A stretch of DNA of 64,000 nucleotides. It comes from a bacterium. GTDB taxonomy: Bacteria; Myxococcota_A; Bradymonadia; REDH01. Positions within the stretch are counted from its first letter, which is position 1, and every line of letters starts with the position of its first letter. Both the position numbers and the translations under genes were made by a program. Below are positions 29,362 through 38,993 of this stretch, piece by piece. Under the pieces are notes generated by a model. That model had not been told where the DNA came from, made no database searches, and worked only from the letters and a program-made list of their open reading frames with translations. The stretch covers positions 417 through 64,416 of the forward strand of contig JAUICO010000007.1 of assembly GCA_030427825.1 (NCBI GenBank), in the 5' to 3' direction.

Positions 29362-30144
29362 TCAGCGCGGGATCCCTGAGAAGTATACGCCGTGGCTGCC
29401 CATGGCGGTCGGGTACGTGCCCCATTCGAAGTCGTAGTCTTCGCGCTCTCCGATCATCGCTCGCAGGTCTCGCTCTTCGTAGATGCGCATGGTGCTGACC
29501 AGGCCGTCCCAGACGGCGACTGAGATTGCGACCGGAGTAAACCAGGTCAGCACGGCGCGCAGAACTCGGCGGTCCTTCGCGAGAATGGGTCCGGCCATCA
29601 GCGCCCGTAGACCGACCGGTCCGAAAGCCGCAAAGCCGAGCGGGTTTCGGGGGAAGGACTCGACAACAAGGAAGGGCGCGCGGGCCTGTACCGCGTCCAC
29701 GAGCAGCCCACGTGCGATGGCCGGCGGAAAGTGGTGCAGGGCGTTTATGATGACGCGCGCGCGATCCCGGGCCAGGTCCGGGGGAATCGCGGTGGCATCG
29801 ACGATCTCGGAGACAAACTCGATTGCGCCTGCGTGGCGCGCGGAAAGCTCGCGCCAGGCCTCGGGGCGGGGCTGCAGATCGGTGAGAATCATTCGCGGAG
29901 GCGAGACGCCCGCCTCTTTCATTGCCCCTACCAGGATTTCAGCCGGACCACCGGCGCCTGCGGCGAGATCCAGGACTTCGTCGGCCCCCGATTCGTCAAT
30001 GAAGCGCTGAAATACAGGCACGAGCCCGTCCATCAGGCCGCCCCACTTCAAGCTGCGGCTCAGGGCGTCGATCACCGACTCCTTGAGAATCTTCGGCGCA
30101 CGAGGGTGGTCGTTAAATTCGAAGAGTTGAAGTCGGGGCAGCAT
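29362..30144 (-). CDS. Class I SAM-dependent methyltransferase-like protein
   Basis: VLDLAAGAGGP motif I, LTDL, VDAT, NALHHF; AAGGAG RBS. Confidence 0.8.
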   Translation of the reverse strand: MLPRLQLFEFNDHPRAPKILKESVIDALSRSLKWGGLMDGLVPVFQRFIDESGADEVLDLAAGAGGPAEILVGAMKEAGVSPPRMILTDLQPRPEAWRELSARHAGAIEFVSEIVDATAIPPDLARDRARVIINALHHFPPAIARGLLVDAVQARAPFLVVESFPRNPLGFAAFGPVGLRALMAGPILAKDRRVLRAVLTWFTPVAISVAVWDGLVSTMRIYEERDLRAMIGEREDYDFEWGTYPTAMGSHGVYFSGIPR

Positions 30145-30176
30145 CAGGTCTCCTTGTATGCGTGGGGAAGATCCCC

Positions 30177-31115
30177 TCAGGTTGTGTTCGAGTCAGCGGG
30201 GAGCGTCGCTACACGGCGCACAATCGAGTGGTTCTCGCGAGTCAGCACCGTCACCGTCTGGATTCCGTTGCTCTGAAGATACCTCCGACTCTCGTCCAGA
30301 CCCGCGCCGACGTCGGCGGGTCCGTGGCTGTCGTCGCCGAGACAGAAGGGCACGCTGTGGTCCTTTGCCACTTCCAGCAGCCACGGAGCGGGGTACGGTA
30401 TGCCCTGGCCTTTGCGCAGGCCGGCGGTGTTGAGGTCCAGGATGCAGCCTGCTTCGGCCGCGGCCTGCATCGCGTCCGTGGCCGCGTCGTGCACACGCTG
30501 CGTGAGGGGGGCGTCGATCGCCAGGCCGTAGTGGACGCCGTTTTTTCGTATCAGGTCGAAGTGTCCGACGACCTCGGGCCTCAAGTCGCGAATCATCTGC
30601 GCGAGGGCGGCGTAGTAGTCGACGGCCAGCGACTCGATGCTCCCGGCCTCCTTGAGCGCAGCCTCGAAGTCGCTGCGCGGCCCGTCGATGATCGAATCAT
30701 GCACATGGTGGACCGAACCGACGATATAGTCGACACGGTACTGTTCGCGCCAACGCATGGTCAGCTCCGCATAGGACGCAGGCACCACCTCAGCTTCAAA
30801 GCCGCGGAGCACGACGAGTCGGTCCGAGAACTCGTCGATGAGCGGCACCAGTGTCTCGAAGTATGCGTCGAACATCGCCTCGAGCTTCGCTACATCCCAG
30901 CCACGGCGCAGCTCTTCCTCGTAGAGGTATCGGGCACCGATTCGCGGGGCGTGCTCGCTGACTCCGAAGGTGTGGTAGCCCGCGTCTACGGCCGCCTGCA
31001 GCACATCGCGCAGGGTGCCGACCGCGTGATCACAGAAGTCCCCGCTGTGCCCGCCGTGGAGGGAGACGCGCCACAGAGGCGGGGCGCCGGTTTCGTTGTC
31101 GGTGGTGCTGTCCAA
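30177..31115 (-). CDS. PHP-family histidinol-phosphatase (HisJ-like)
   Basis: HGGH, SEH, GFE, GSVH, GHFD, DLNTAG, GDDSH; TTG start after AGGAG. Confidence 0.85.
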   Translation of the reverse strand: MDSTTDNETGAPPLWRVSLHGGHSGDFCDHAVGTLRDVLQAAVDAGYHTFGVSEHAPRIGARYLYEEELRRGWDVAKLEAMFDAYFETLVPLIDEFSDRLVVLRGFEAEVVPASYAELTMRWREQYRVDYIVGSVHHVHDSIIDGPRSDFEAALKEAGSIESLAVDYYAALAQMIRDLRPEVVGHFDLIRKNGVHYGLAIDAPLTQRVHDAATDAMQAAAEAGCILDLNTAGLRKGQGIPYPAPWLLEVAKDHSVPFCLGDDSHGPADVGAGLDESRRYLQSNGIQTVTVLTRENHSIVRRVATLPADSNTT

Positions 31116-31308
31116 GCGGGCTCCTCTCCGGTCTACGGGGTCAGCAGGTTTCGTCAGTATGCGGTCAGCGATGCGCGGCCGCCGTCCTGCGAGATCCATC
31201 ATTGTGCGGCACCGCCCCGCTGTCCACCGTGCAACACGGCGAAAATTTTGCAGCCGCAGCTTTCTGTGGCACGCAGGAGGGGTACCGCACCAGGACCGGA
31301 GGGTCATC

Positions 31309-31548
31309 ATGGAGCTTCAAACCGGCGAATTCGCAACCACGCAGGGAATCCCCTGCAACCGATACGGACGCCCGGATATGCGTTATGGCGACCGTGTCTG
31401 GTTTCGAGAGGAGATGTTCTACATCGAATCGATTGAGCTGCACGGCGAGACGTGGACCGCTGCAGTGGTTCGGCCCCGCGAGTTCGGTGGCGCGGAATGC
31501 CGCTGCACCTTCGTGCCATGCGCACGTCTCGAGGTGGACCGCGACTAA
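31309..31548 (+). CDS. Small hypothetical protein (79 aa)
   Basis: GGAGG RBS plus ATG; natural-looking composition; fills an intergenic gap. Confidence 0.55.
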   Translation: MELQTGEFATTQGIPCNRYGRPDMRYGDRVWFREEMFYIESIELHGETWTAAVVRPREFGGAECRCTFVPCARLEVDRD

Positions 31549-31691
31549 ATGACTCACGGCACGACTCGGCCGCGAAGCGATGATGGTCTTCGCGTCGAGG
31601 GCAGGCGAATCTACAACCCCGAGAGCAGACGCTCACACTATCGCGAGCCCGACATCCAGGGCGCATGTCATGCGCATGGGGAGGCTCGAAC

Positions 31692-32393
31692 GTGATAACC
31701 AAACTTCCGCGTTGGGTTGAGGTCGGTGGGTTTTCGCTGGCATGCATTGCTGGAGCCACCAATGCAATCGGCGTGTTGGGCTTTAAGCATCAGGCAGTTT
31801 CGCATCTTACGGGAACGTCAACCCTGCTTGGCATCGCCGTTGCTGAACTACGTCCTGCCGATGCAGCTCACCTGCTGGGCATCATTCTGTCCTTTGTCCT
31901 GGGCGCAGCATTTGCCGGTGCGTTGGTCGGCGGAGCCGCATTACAGCTTGGTAGACGTTATGGCGTTGCCCTCGTTATTGAGTCGCTGCTCCTGATGGGC
32001 GCAATGTATCTGTTGTTGGCGGATTCCACATTCGGTCACTACCTCTCATCAGCAGCGTGTGGGCTGCAAAATGGCATGGTCAGCACATACAGCGGGGCGA
32101 TTGTTCGCACGACGCATATGTCCGGGTTGTTCACCGATCTCGGCACAATGTTTGGAGCATGGTTGCGCGGGCATCCGTTCAACTCTCGTCGGGCAGTGCT
32201 GTATCTGCTGCTCATCCTGGGTTTCGTTCTTGGCGGTAGCATCAGCGCAGTGCTCTTTGACAAGATTCAGTTTCATGCCATGCTTTTTCCAGCGTGCGGG
32301 GCTGCGGCACTGGCCGCGATCTACTGGGGTATTCTGGCCGCAAGAACGTATCGGAAGCGCCTGAGCGACCGTCCGGACAGGTCGAGCACATAG
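31692..32393 (+). CDS. YoaK (DUF1275) family membrane protein
   Basis: LA.IAG..NA, VSHLTG, ACGLQN, RTTHMSG..TDLG; GTG start after GGGGAGG. Confidence 0.9.
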   Translation: MITKLPRWVEVGGFSLACIAGATNAIGVLGFKHQAVSHLTGTSTLLGIAVAELRPADAAHLLGIILSFVLGAAFAGALVGGAALQLGRRYGVALVIESLLLMGAMYLLLADSTFGHYLSSAACGLQNGMVSTYSGAIVRTTHMSGLFTDLGTMFGAWLRGHPFNSRRAVLYLLLILGFVLGGSISAVLFDKIQFHAMLFPACGAAALAAIYWGILAARTYRKRLSDRPDRSST

Positions 32394-32436
32394 CATTGCG
32401 CCGAACGATGCGTGACGTGTTGAGCCGACCGGTCGC

Positions 32437-33732
32437 CTACAACACCGCTTTGACCGCACTCGTCAGCTGCGACAGGTCATCCGCCGCGATGACGTAGGGC
32501 GGCATGATGTAGACCAGGTTGCGAAAGGGGCGAATCCAAACACCCTGTTCGACGAAGCTTCGCTGCAACGCCGCCACGTCGCACGCGTTCTCAAGCTCGA
32601 CGACGCCGATCGCGCCGAGCACTCGGACGTCAGCTACGCCTGGCGTGTTCGCGCAGGGTATGAGCTCGCGTCGCAGCTGGGCTTCTATTGCAGCGACCTG
32701 TGCCGCCGAGTCATCGCGCCGAAGGAGGTCGAGCGAAGCCGCGGCAACAGCGCAGGCGAGGGGGTTCGCCATGAAGGTCGGGCCGTGCATGAACACGCCG
32801 GCTTCGCCCCGTGAGATGGTCTCTGCGACCTCAGCCGTTGTCAGCGTCGCGGCCAGGGTCATGTATCCGCCGGTCAGCGCCTTGCCGAGGCAGAGGATGT
32901 CGGGGCTGATGTCCGCGTGCTCACAGGCGAAGGTCTGTCCGGTGCGACCGAAACCGGTGGCAATCTCATCGGCGATGAGCAGCACGTCGTAGCGGGTGCA
33001 GAGCGCGCGTGCGGCACCGAGAAAGTCCGCTGAATAAAACCACATTCCGCCGGCGCCCTGTACGATGGGCTCAAGGATCAGCGCGGCGATCTCATCGGCC
33101 TTCGACATCAGCAGCGCCTCAAGCGCGTTGATGTCCGAGTCTGCGCTACCCGGCGAGGCGCCGAAACGCGCCGCCGGCTTCGGCGCAAAGAGCTGCGTAG
33201 GCAGCGACTCGCCGAAGAGGTGGTGCATGCCGCCGACCGGGTCACACACACTCATCGCTGCGAATGTGTCTCCATGGTAGCCGCCGCGAATCGTCGCCAG
33301 TCGCCGCTTGGAAGGCCGACCGCACGCGTGCCAGTACTGCAGCGCCATCTTGTGCGCGACTTCGACGCTAACCGAACCCGAGTCGCAGAAGAACACACGA
33401 TCCAGGCCGGTGGGCGTGATGTCTACGAGCGCACGACCGAGCGCGACGGCCGGTTCGTGTGTGATTCCACCAAACATGACGTGCGCCATATTGCCCAGCT
33501 GTCGGGTCACGGCGTCGTTCAACTCGGGCACGTTGTAGCCGTGGATCGCGGCCCACCAGGAGGACATGCCGTCGATCAGCTCGCGGCCGTCGGTCAGGCG
33601 CAGGCGCACGCCGGTCGCGCCCTCTACCGGATACACCGGCAGCGGATTGATCATGGAAGTGTAGGGGTGCCAGAGGTGCTCCCGATCCCAACGAAGCAGC
33701 TCGGCGCTCGGGTCCTCGGTTACCCCGCTCAT
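32437..33732 (-). CDS. bioA: Adenosylmethionine-8-amino-7-oxononanoate aminotransferase
   Basis: HLWHPYTS, DGMSSWW, DSGSVSVEVA, YHGDTF, ADEIATGFGRTG, GKALTGG, HGPTFMANP. Confidence 0.97.
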   Translation of the reverse strand: MSGVTEDPSAELLRWDREHLWHPYTSMINPLPVYPVEGATGVRLRLTDGRELIDGMSSWWAAIHGYNVPELNDAVTRQLGNMAHVMFGGITHEPAVALGRALVDITPTGLDRVFFCDSGSVSVEVAHKMALQYWHACGRPSKRRLATIRGGYHGDTFAAMSVCDPVGGMHHLFGESLPTQLFAPKPAARFGASPGSADSDINALEALLMSKADEIAALILEPIVQGAGGMWFYSADFLGAARALCTRYDVLLIADEIATGFGRTGQTFACEHADISPDILCLGKALTGGYMTLAATLTTAEVAETISRGEAGVFMHGPTFMANPLACAVAAASLDLLRRDDSAAQVAAIEAQLRRELIPCANTPGVADVRVLGAIGVVELENACDVAALQRSFVEQGVWIRPFRNLVYIMPPYVIAADDLSQLTSAVKAVL

Positions 33733-35159
33733 GGGAACACCAGGATCTGGTCTTCGCCGTACTCTTCGATCAGACCGTCGACGTACTCCAGGAAGCTCGC
33801 GCGGCGGTTCTCGAAGCCTTCAAAACGGTCCACCTCGTCGTCATGCCAGGGCGAGGGTGGGAACAGGAACTGGGACACACGCTCAAGGTCCATCCAACGG
33901 ATCGCGTTGACGGTCCTGCGCGAGAAGAGCTGTACCCGCTGAAGTCGGCGGAAGGTGCGGGTGGGTGCACCCCATCGGCTCAGCTGCATCGTCGCGCCAT
34001 TGTCGATAGAAAGAAAGCGCCCGTTATCGAACTGACAGTTCACCCCGAAGAACGCATCTGAGTAGCGGTCCCAGTTGTTCAGCAGGAAATCAAACACGTG
34101 AAGGTTTGAGAGCTGATGAACAAACTCGAATCCCGATGTTCCCGCTGCGCGATCCATCATGCCCCGGTGATTGTTTCGGTACTGCCCGCGCATGCCCTGG
34201 ATGGCTTCGTAGAAGGTCAGATTCTCGATGGTCTCGCGAGGCGTGCGGACGCTGAGCAGAGCGCGCCAGCCGCCATGGTGTTCGAGGGGAAACGTGGTAA
34301 ATCCGGGGACCCACTCTTTCATCGTGCCGTGCAGCCAGTGCACACCGTCGGCGTCTTCGAACCAGATGAGATCCGAGAAGTTGTTTGAGTAGCCGGAGGT
34401 CGCCTCAAGGCTTGAGAGGCCGTAGAGCTCCAGGAAGTCCTCTTCACGAATCCGCACTTCGCGATTGTAGGGCACATCAAACTCGCAGTGAATCAGCGCG
34501 CACAGGCGGTACGCAGCAATCTCGGCGCGGTAATTTGATTGCTCGCGGGTTTGCATCGGCTTGAAAGCGGCGACGGTCTCCCCGTTGAGGCGAAACTTCA
34601 GCGTCACAGTGCTTCCACCGCCGAGTCGCTGAATCTCGTCGATGTGTTCGCCGGGTACGATGGTCAGTACATCCGGTGGCAGAAACACTTCGTCGTACAT
34701 GAAGGAGTCGTACCAGAGCTCAACAAACTCGGCTCGCCGGTCGGCGAACGTCTCTGCGCATGCCCAGGCGATGGTCCGGGCGTACTCGAGGTCTCCGGCT
34801 TCGATGGCCAGGGTCACTACCGCGATGTATGCGTCCCGATCGTCGGGATCGGGCTGCCAGACTTCGAGCATGGACACCGCGGATTCCACACGGTGGGTTG
34901 ATACGAGGTGAACGAAGAGGGTGCGTTCAACGTCGCTGTCGCTGGCGCCCACGGTGAACAGCGCGTCTCGCACAGCGCTCCGTGCAGTGCGTGTTGCGTC
35001 AGTGACCGCAGCGGCAAGCTGTGCGCTTTCCGCAGCTTCCTGAGCCTGCTCCAGGGTTGTGTCGATGAGGTCGCCGCCGCCCACGGTGGGGTTCGGCTGC
35101 TGCGCTCCGCCACACGCGGTGACCAGGCACAGCGCCAGAAGCATCGAAATTCGTTTCAC
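33729..35159 (-). CDS. Lipoprotein with a FAM20C/Four-jointed-like atypical kinase domain
   Basis: Lipobox LVTAC; GGGST loop, AAFKP, AEIAAYRL, FDFLLNNWDR, SIDNG in the order and spacing of FAM20/Fj kinases. Confidence 0.75.
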   Translation of the reverse strand: MKRISMLLALCLVTACGGAQQPNPTVGGGDLIDTTLEQAQEAAESAQLAAAVTDATRTARSAVRDALFTVGASDSDVERTLFVHLVSTHRVESAVSMLEVWQPDPDDRDAYIAVVTLAIEAGDLEYARTIAWACAETFADRRAEFVELWYDSFMYDEVFLPPDVLTIVPGEHIDEIQRLGGGSTVTLKFRLNGETVAAFKPMQTREQSNYRAEIAAYRLCALIHCEFDVPYNREVRIREEDFLELYGLSSLEATSGYSNNFSDLIWFEDADGVHWLHGTMKEWVPGFTTFPLEHHGGWRALLSVRTPRETIENLTFYEAIQGMRGQYRNNHRGMMDRAAGTSGFEFVHQLSNLHVFDFLLNNWDRYSDAFFGVNCQFDNGRFLSIDNGATMQLSRWGAPTRTFRRLQRVQLFSRRTVNAIRWMDLERVSQFLFPPSPWHDDEVDRFEGFENRRASFLEYVDGLIEEYGEDQILVFP

Positions 35160-35165
35160 GTGGAG

Positions 35166-37130
35166 TCAGGGGTTGAGTGTAAAGTCGTCAAGCAGGTCGC
35201 CGTCGATCGCGATCGCACGCAGGCGCAGCTGTTCGGGGGTAACGTCCACCACGCAATAGTGGTGTTCACGCACACAGATCCGATTGATCTCGTCAGGCTC
35301 TGCGGGATACGACGGCGCGCCGCCGCCGCCGGAGATCACGTAGGTGACGCCATTGCGCTCGTTGGAACGGCCATACAAATGGTCGTGCCCCAGGATAACA
35401 AGCTGCACACCGTGTTCTTCGAAGAGCGGCACAAGGTGGTTCTGCACATTGAGGTCGCCGGGCTTGCGACTCGGTGTGCATGCGTAGGGCGGGTGATGAA
35501 AGAAGGCGACCTTCCAGATTGCGGTCGAGCTACGGAGCGCCTGTTCCAGCCACACATATTGGGGAGAGCCGGGTTCGTAGTTGTTGCTTGAATTGATGCC
35601 AAAGAAGTCGACATCGCCGTGCTGAAAACCGTACCAGGCTTCGATGCCGGGAAGTGACATGTAGTGGTAGTAGCGAAGGTGATTGCCTTCGTGGTTCCCG
35701 ATCGTGGTGTAGTAGGGGAGTGTACTCATCAGTGGTAACGCCGGCCCGAAGAATTCGTCCTGATACTCGTGCCAGGAGCCTCCGGTCGTCACCAGGTCAC
35801 CGGTAGAGAGGACAAAGCGCGCGTCGTTCTCGTGGGCCGCCGTCCACATCTCGGACACGACCTGCCGGTGCACATCGATCTGCGTTCGGTTGTCGCCATA
35901 CGCGATGAACGTGAACGGCGTACCGGCTTCGACAGAGCTGCGAAAGGACGAGACCGGCGAAGCGAACCCGTCCGGTGCAGTGCCGCCAACGTGGTAGGGC
36001 ACAGGGACCGTGTTTGCGCGATAGTAGTAGCGTGTGTTTGGCTCCAGGTCGGGCAGGACCACTTCGTGCAGCGCCGAGGCCGTCTCGGGCGCCGCCGCGA
36101 TACGATGCAGTCCGTTGGGTGTCGTTCCGTATTCGACGAAACCGTAGCCGGGCACGTTCGACTCCCAGCTCACGGTCACCCGGTCATGTTCCAGCTGCTG
36201 CAGGTAGGGCGTCTTCAAGAATCCCTGCGAAGCGTAGGACATCAGCTCGAAGTCGAAGAACAGTGGTCTTCGGCCCGCATTGCTTCGTTTGAAGATGGCG
36301 ACCGAGATTTGGTTTTCGCCCTCGCGCAGCATGCCGGGGTCCAGAGGAAGAATGCTCATCTGCCATCGGTTCGCCGATGTTTGGTTGACGTGGTCTTCGA
36401 GCCAGATCGGAGTCGCGTGGGCACCATGCAGACCGGCGCCGGGCGCTACGTTCGCGCGAAAAATCTCCCTGCCGTTCAGGTACGCGATGGCGGCGCCGGA
36501 GAACTCGATCTCTGCGTGGAGGGCGGCGATAGAGTCGGGGTCGGCCTGGAAGCTGCGGGTGGCGTAGAGTGTGGAGAACCCGGACTCGACCGCGTTCGGG
36601 TCGCTCTCGTCGAAGTCAGCATCGTAGACAATGGTGGTTCGCGTCGGCCGGTCACGTCCATGGCGTCGCCGTCGAGCGTCTTCGACTTCACGCACACCCG
36701 AAAGTGCCTCCCAGGTGCGAATGCTGCGGCCGATGATCGGCGCCGAGACGCGGACGAAACGATCGAGCGGCGAAGGGGCATCGACGGTATCGACGAAGAT
36801 GCAGCGATCCGGTGGGTTGTCGCAGTCCTCGTGAGCGACGGTGTCGAAATCAGCGCGCTCTCCCGCCGTGGCGTCTGCTCCGTTGGGCCAGTTCGGTGGT
36901 GCCCCGTTGTGGCTCAGCCAGATGTCCCACTCTGAACCGGTCGCGATGATCGTCTGCGACTCGACGATGTTGAGGGCGGGGATCGGGGGCACGACGGTGC
37001 TCGCAGGCGCGTTGGCGCGCTGCGCCGTCGCATCCGTGCCGATAGCGAGCACGCAGAAAAGCACACATACGCGGACCGCGCACCCAGAGAGCGCGCGATG
37101 GCCTGCCGTGGCCGGTAGGGGTACGCTCAC
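35166..37130 (-). CDS. Exported purple acid phosphatase-like metallophosphoesterase with FN3 and jelly-roll domains
   Basis: Signal peptide; AYLNGREI..N / GENQISV / FFDFEL accessory domain; HEVVLPDLEPNTRYYY FN3; YGD, GDLV, GNHE, FFHHP, GHDH motifs. Confidence 0.9.
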   Translation of the reverse strand: MSVPLPATAGHRALSGCAVRVCVLFCVLAIGTDATAQRANAPASTVVPPIPALNIVESQTIIATGSEWDIWLSHNGAPPNWPNGADATAGERADFDTVAHEDCDNPPDRCIFVDTVDAPSPLDRFVRVSAPIIGRSIRTWEALSGVREVEDARRRRHGRDRPTRTTIVYDADFDESDPNAVESGFSTLYATRSFQADPDSIAALHAEIEFSGAAIAYLNGREIFRANVAPGAGLHGAHATPIWLEDHVNQTSANRWQMSILPLDPGMLREGENQISVAIFKRSNAGRRPLFFDFELMSYASQGFLKTPYLQQLEHDRVTVSWESNVPGYGFVEYGTTPNGLHRIAAAPETASALHEVVLPDLEPNTRYYYRANTVPVPYHVGGTAPDGFASPVSSFRSSVEAGTPFTFIAYGDNRTQIDVHRQVVSEMWTAAHENDARFVLSTGDLVTTGGSWHEYQDEFFGPALPLMSTLPYYTTIGNHEGNHLRYYHYMSLPGIEAWYGFQHGDVDFFGINSSNNYEPGSPQYVWLEQALRSSTAIWKVAFFHHPPYACTPSRKPGDLNVQNHLVPLFEEHGVQLVILGHDHLYGRSNERNGVTYVISGGGGAPSYPAEPDEINRICVREHHYCVVDVTPEQLRLRAIAIDGDLLDDFTLNP

Positions 37131-37135
37131 GAGAC

Positions 37136-37915
37136 TCAGCTGCCGGTGAAGCGCGGCGTACGCTTCTCTGCGAAGGCAGCCAGCGCTTCGACGCGGTCCT
37201 GTGTCGGTATGGTCCGCTGATACGCATCGCGCTCGATCACCAGGCCGGTCGCAAGATCGTGGTCCATGCCGCGATCCAGAGCGAGCTTCGCCTGCTCGAC
37301 CGCCACCGGGCCGCCTTCAGCGATCAGGCCGGCGATCTCCCCTGCGCGCGCCATCAACCGGCTGCCCTGCACGGACTCCGTAATCAGGCCGATGCGCAGC
37401 GCCTCTTCGGCATCCACGGAGCGGCCGGTGAATATCATCTCCTTGGCTCGCGCCAGCCCGACAATTCGGGGCAGACGCTGGGTGCCGCCGGCGCCGGGGA
37501 TGATCGCGAGGCGCGTCTCCGGCAGGCCCATTTTCGCCGTTGTTGAGGCGATGCGAATGTCGGACGCCAGGGCGAGCTCGAGGCCGCCACCCAGAGCGTG
37601 GCCGTTGATGGCCGCGATCACCGGGCGCGGAAAGCCGGCGATGGCGTTCATCAGCTTCTGCAGGTCCGCGACGGTCTCGCGCACCTGCGTTTCGTCCATG
37701 CCGCTACGCTCTTTCAGGTCCGCGCCGGCGCAGAACGCCCGATCGCCGGCACCCGAAACGATGAGAACGCGCACATCGTCACGCGCTCCCAGCGCGTTCA
37801 ACGTCTCGTTCAGCGCATCCACAAGCTGCCTGTTCAACGCGTTCATGCGCTGGGGGCGGTTCAACACACAGGTCGCCACGCCGTCGTCGATGCTAAAGGT
37901 CAGCGGTCCGCTCAT
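37136..37915 (-). CDS. Enoyl-CoA hydratase (methylglutaconyl-CoA hydratase-like)
   Basis: LNRP..MNAL, AFCAGADLKE, GGGLELALA.D, PE..LAIIPGAGGTQRL; next to HMG-CoA lyase. Confidence 0.92.
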   Translation of the reverse strand: MSGPLTFSIDDGVATCVLNRPQRMNALNRQLVDALNETLNALGARDDVRVLIVSGAGDRAFCAGADLKERSGMDETQVRETVADLQKLMNAIAGFPRPVIAAINGHALGGGLELALASDIRIASTTAKMGLPETRLAIIPGAGGTQRLPRIVGLARAKEMIFTGRSVDAEEALRIGLITESVQGSRLMARAGEIAGLIAEGGPVAVEQAKLALDRGMDHDLATGLVIERDAYQRTIPTQDRVEALAAFAEKRTPRFTGS

Positions 37916-37918
37916 CGC

Positions 37919-38836
37919 TCAAACTGCTCCTGCCTGAGAGTACCGGTAGTATCGTGAATTCAACGTCGCGCCGCAGTCGAGCTCCAGCTGCCGCGAGATA
38001 CGCAGCAACGCCGCGATGTCGATGCCCGTCTCTACCCCGGAGGCGTCCAACATGTTCACGACGTCCTCGGTCCCGACGTTGCCCGAAGCGCCGGGAGCGT
38101 AGGGACAGCCGCCCATGCCGCCGATGGAGGCATCGAGAACGGTTACCCCGACCTCCAGGGCCATCAGCGCGTTGGCAAGCGCGAGGCCGCGCGTGTCGTG
38201 CAGGTGCAGGGCCAGAGCTTCGGTCCCGAACTCTTCGATCGCGCGTGCGCACCCGTCTCGTACCTGCAGCGGGGTGCCCATACCGGTCGTGTCACCGATG
38301 CTCAGCTGGCTGACTCCCATGTCGAGGAGGCTCGCGCCGATGCTGAGCACTCGATCGAAGTCCACGTCGCCTTCGTATGGGCAACCAAACACGGTCGAGA
38401 TATAGCCGCGAACCGTGCAGCCCTCGCTGCGCGCCGCGTCCACGACTTCGCGAATGATCTCTGTGCTCTCAGCGATCGTCCGGTTGATGTTGCGCATGTT
38501 GTGCGTTTCGCTGGACGAAAGAAACACCGCCACGTGAGATACGGTACTTGCGAGCGCGCTCTCCAGTCCGCGCATGTTTGGCACCAGGGCCCAGTAGTTC
38601 ACGTCCGGGTCGCGTCGGATCGAGTCGAATACCGCTGCGGTGTCCGCCATCTGGGGAATCCACTTTGGATGCACGAAGCTGCCGACCTCGATGTCACGGA
38701 TTCCGGCCGCCGTCAGGTCATCGACGAGGCGTACCTTCTGGGCGACGGTCAGTCGAACACGTTCGTTCTGCAACCCATCGCGAGGCCCCACCTCGACGAT
38801 GTTCACATGTTTCGGAAGCTGTGCCGCTGCGCCCAA
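37919..38836 (-). CDS. Hydroxymethylglutaryl-CoA lyase
   Basis: EVGPRDGLQN, FGCPYEG, GDTTG, HLHDTRG, GGCPYAPGASGN. Confidence 0.95.
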   Translation of the reverse strand: MGAAAQLPKHVNIVEVGPRDGLQNERVRLTVAQKVRLVDDLTAAGIRDIEVGSFVHPKWIPQMADTAAVFDSIRRDPDVNYWALVPNMRGLESALASTVSHVAVFLSSSETHNMRNINRTIAESTEIIREVVDAARSEGCTVRGYISTVFGCPYEGDVDFDRVLSIGASLLDMGVSQLSIGDTTGMGTPLQVRDGCARAIEEFGTEALALHLHDTRGLALANALMALEVGVTVLDASIGGMGGCPYAPGASGNVGTEDVVNMLDASGVETGIDIAALLRISRQLELDCGATLNSRYYRYSQAGAV

Positions 38837-38993
38837 TCACACCTCTGCCAAATTCGACGTCCCGGATGTAGCGAGCGTGAGATCACAGTGTCAAGGCGAG
38901 GCGCCGCCTACGCCGGGCACACAGCCCCGTCATCGCGTAGCCTTCGGTTGACGCGGCCACGACGATCCTTAGTGATGCCGGTGAGGAACGCCA

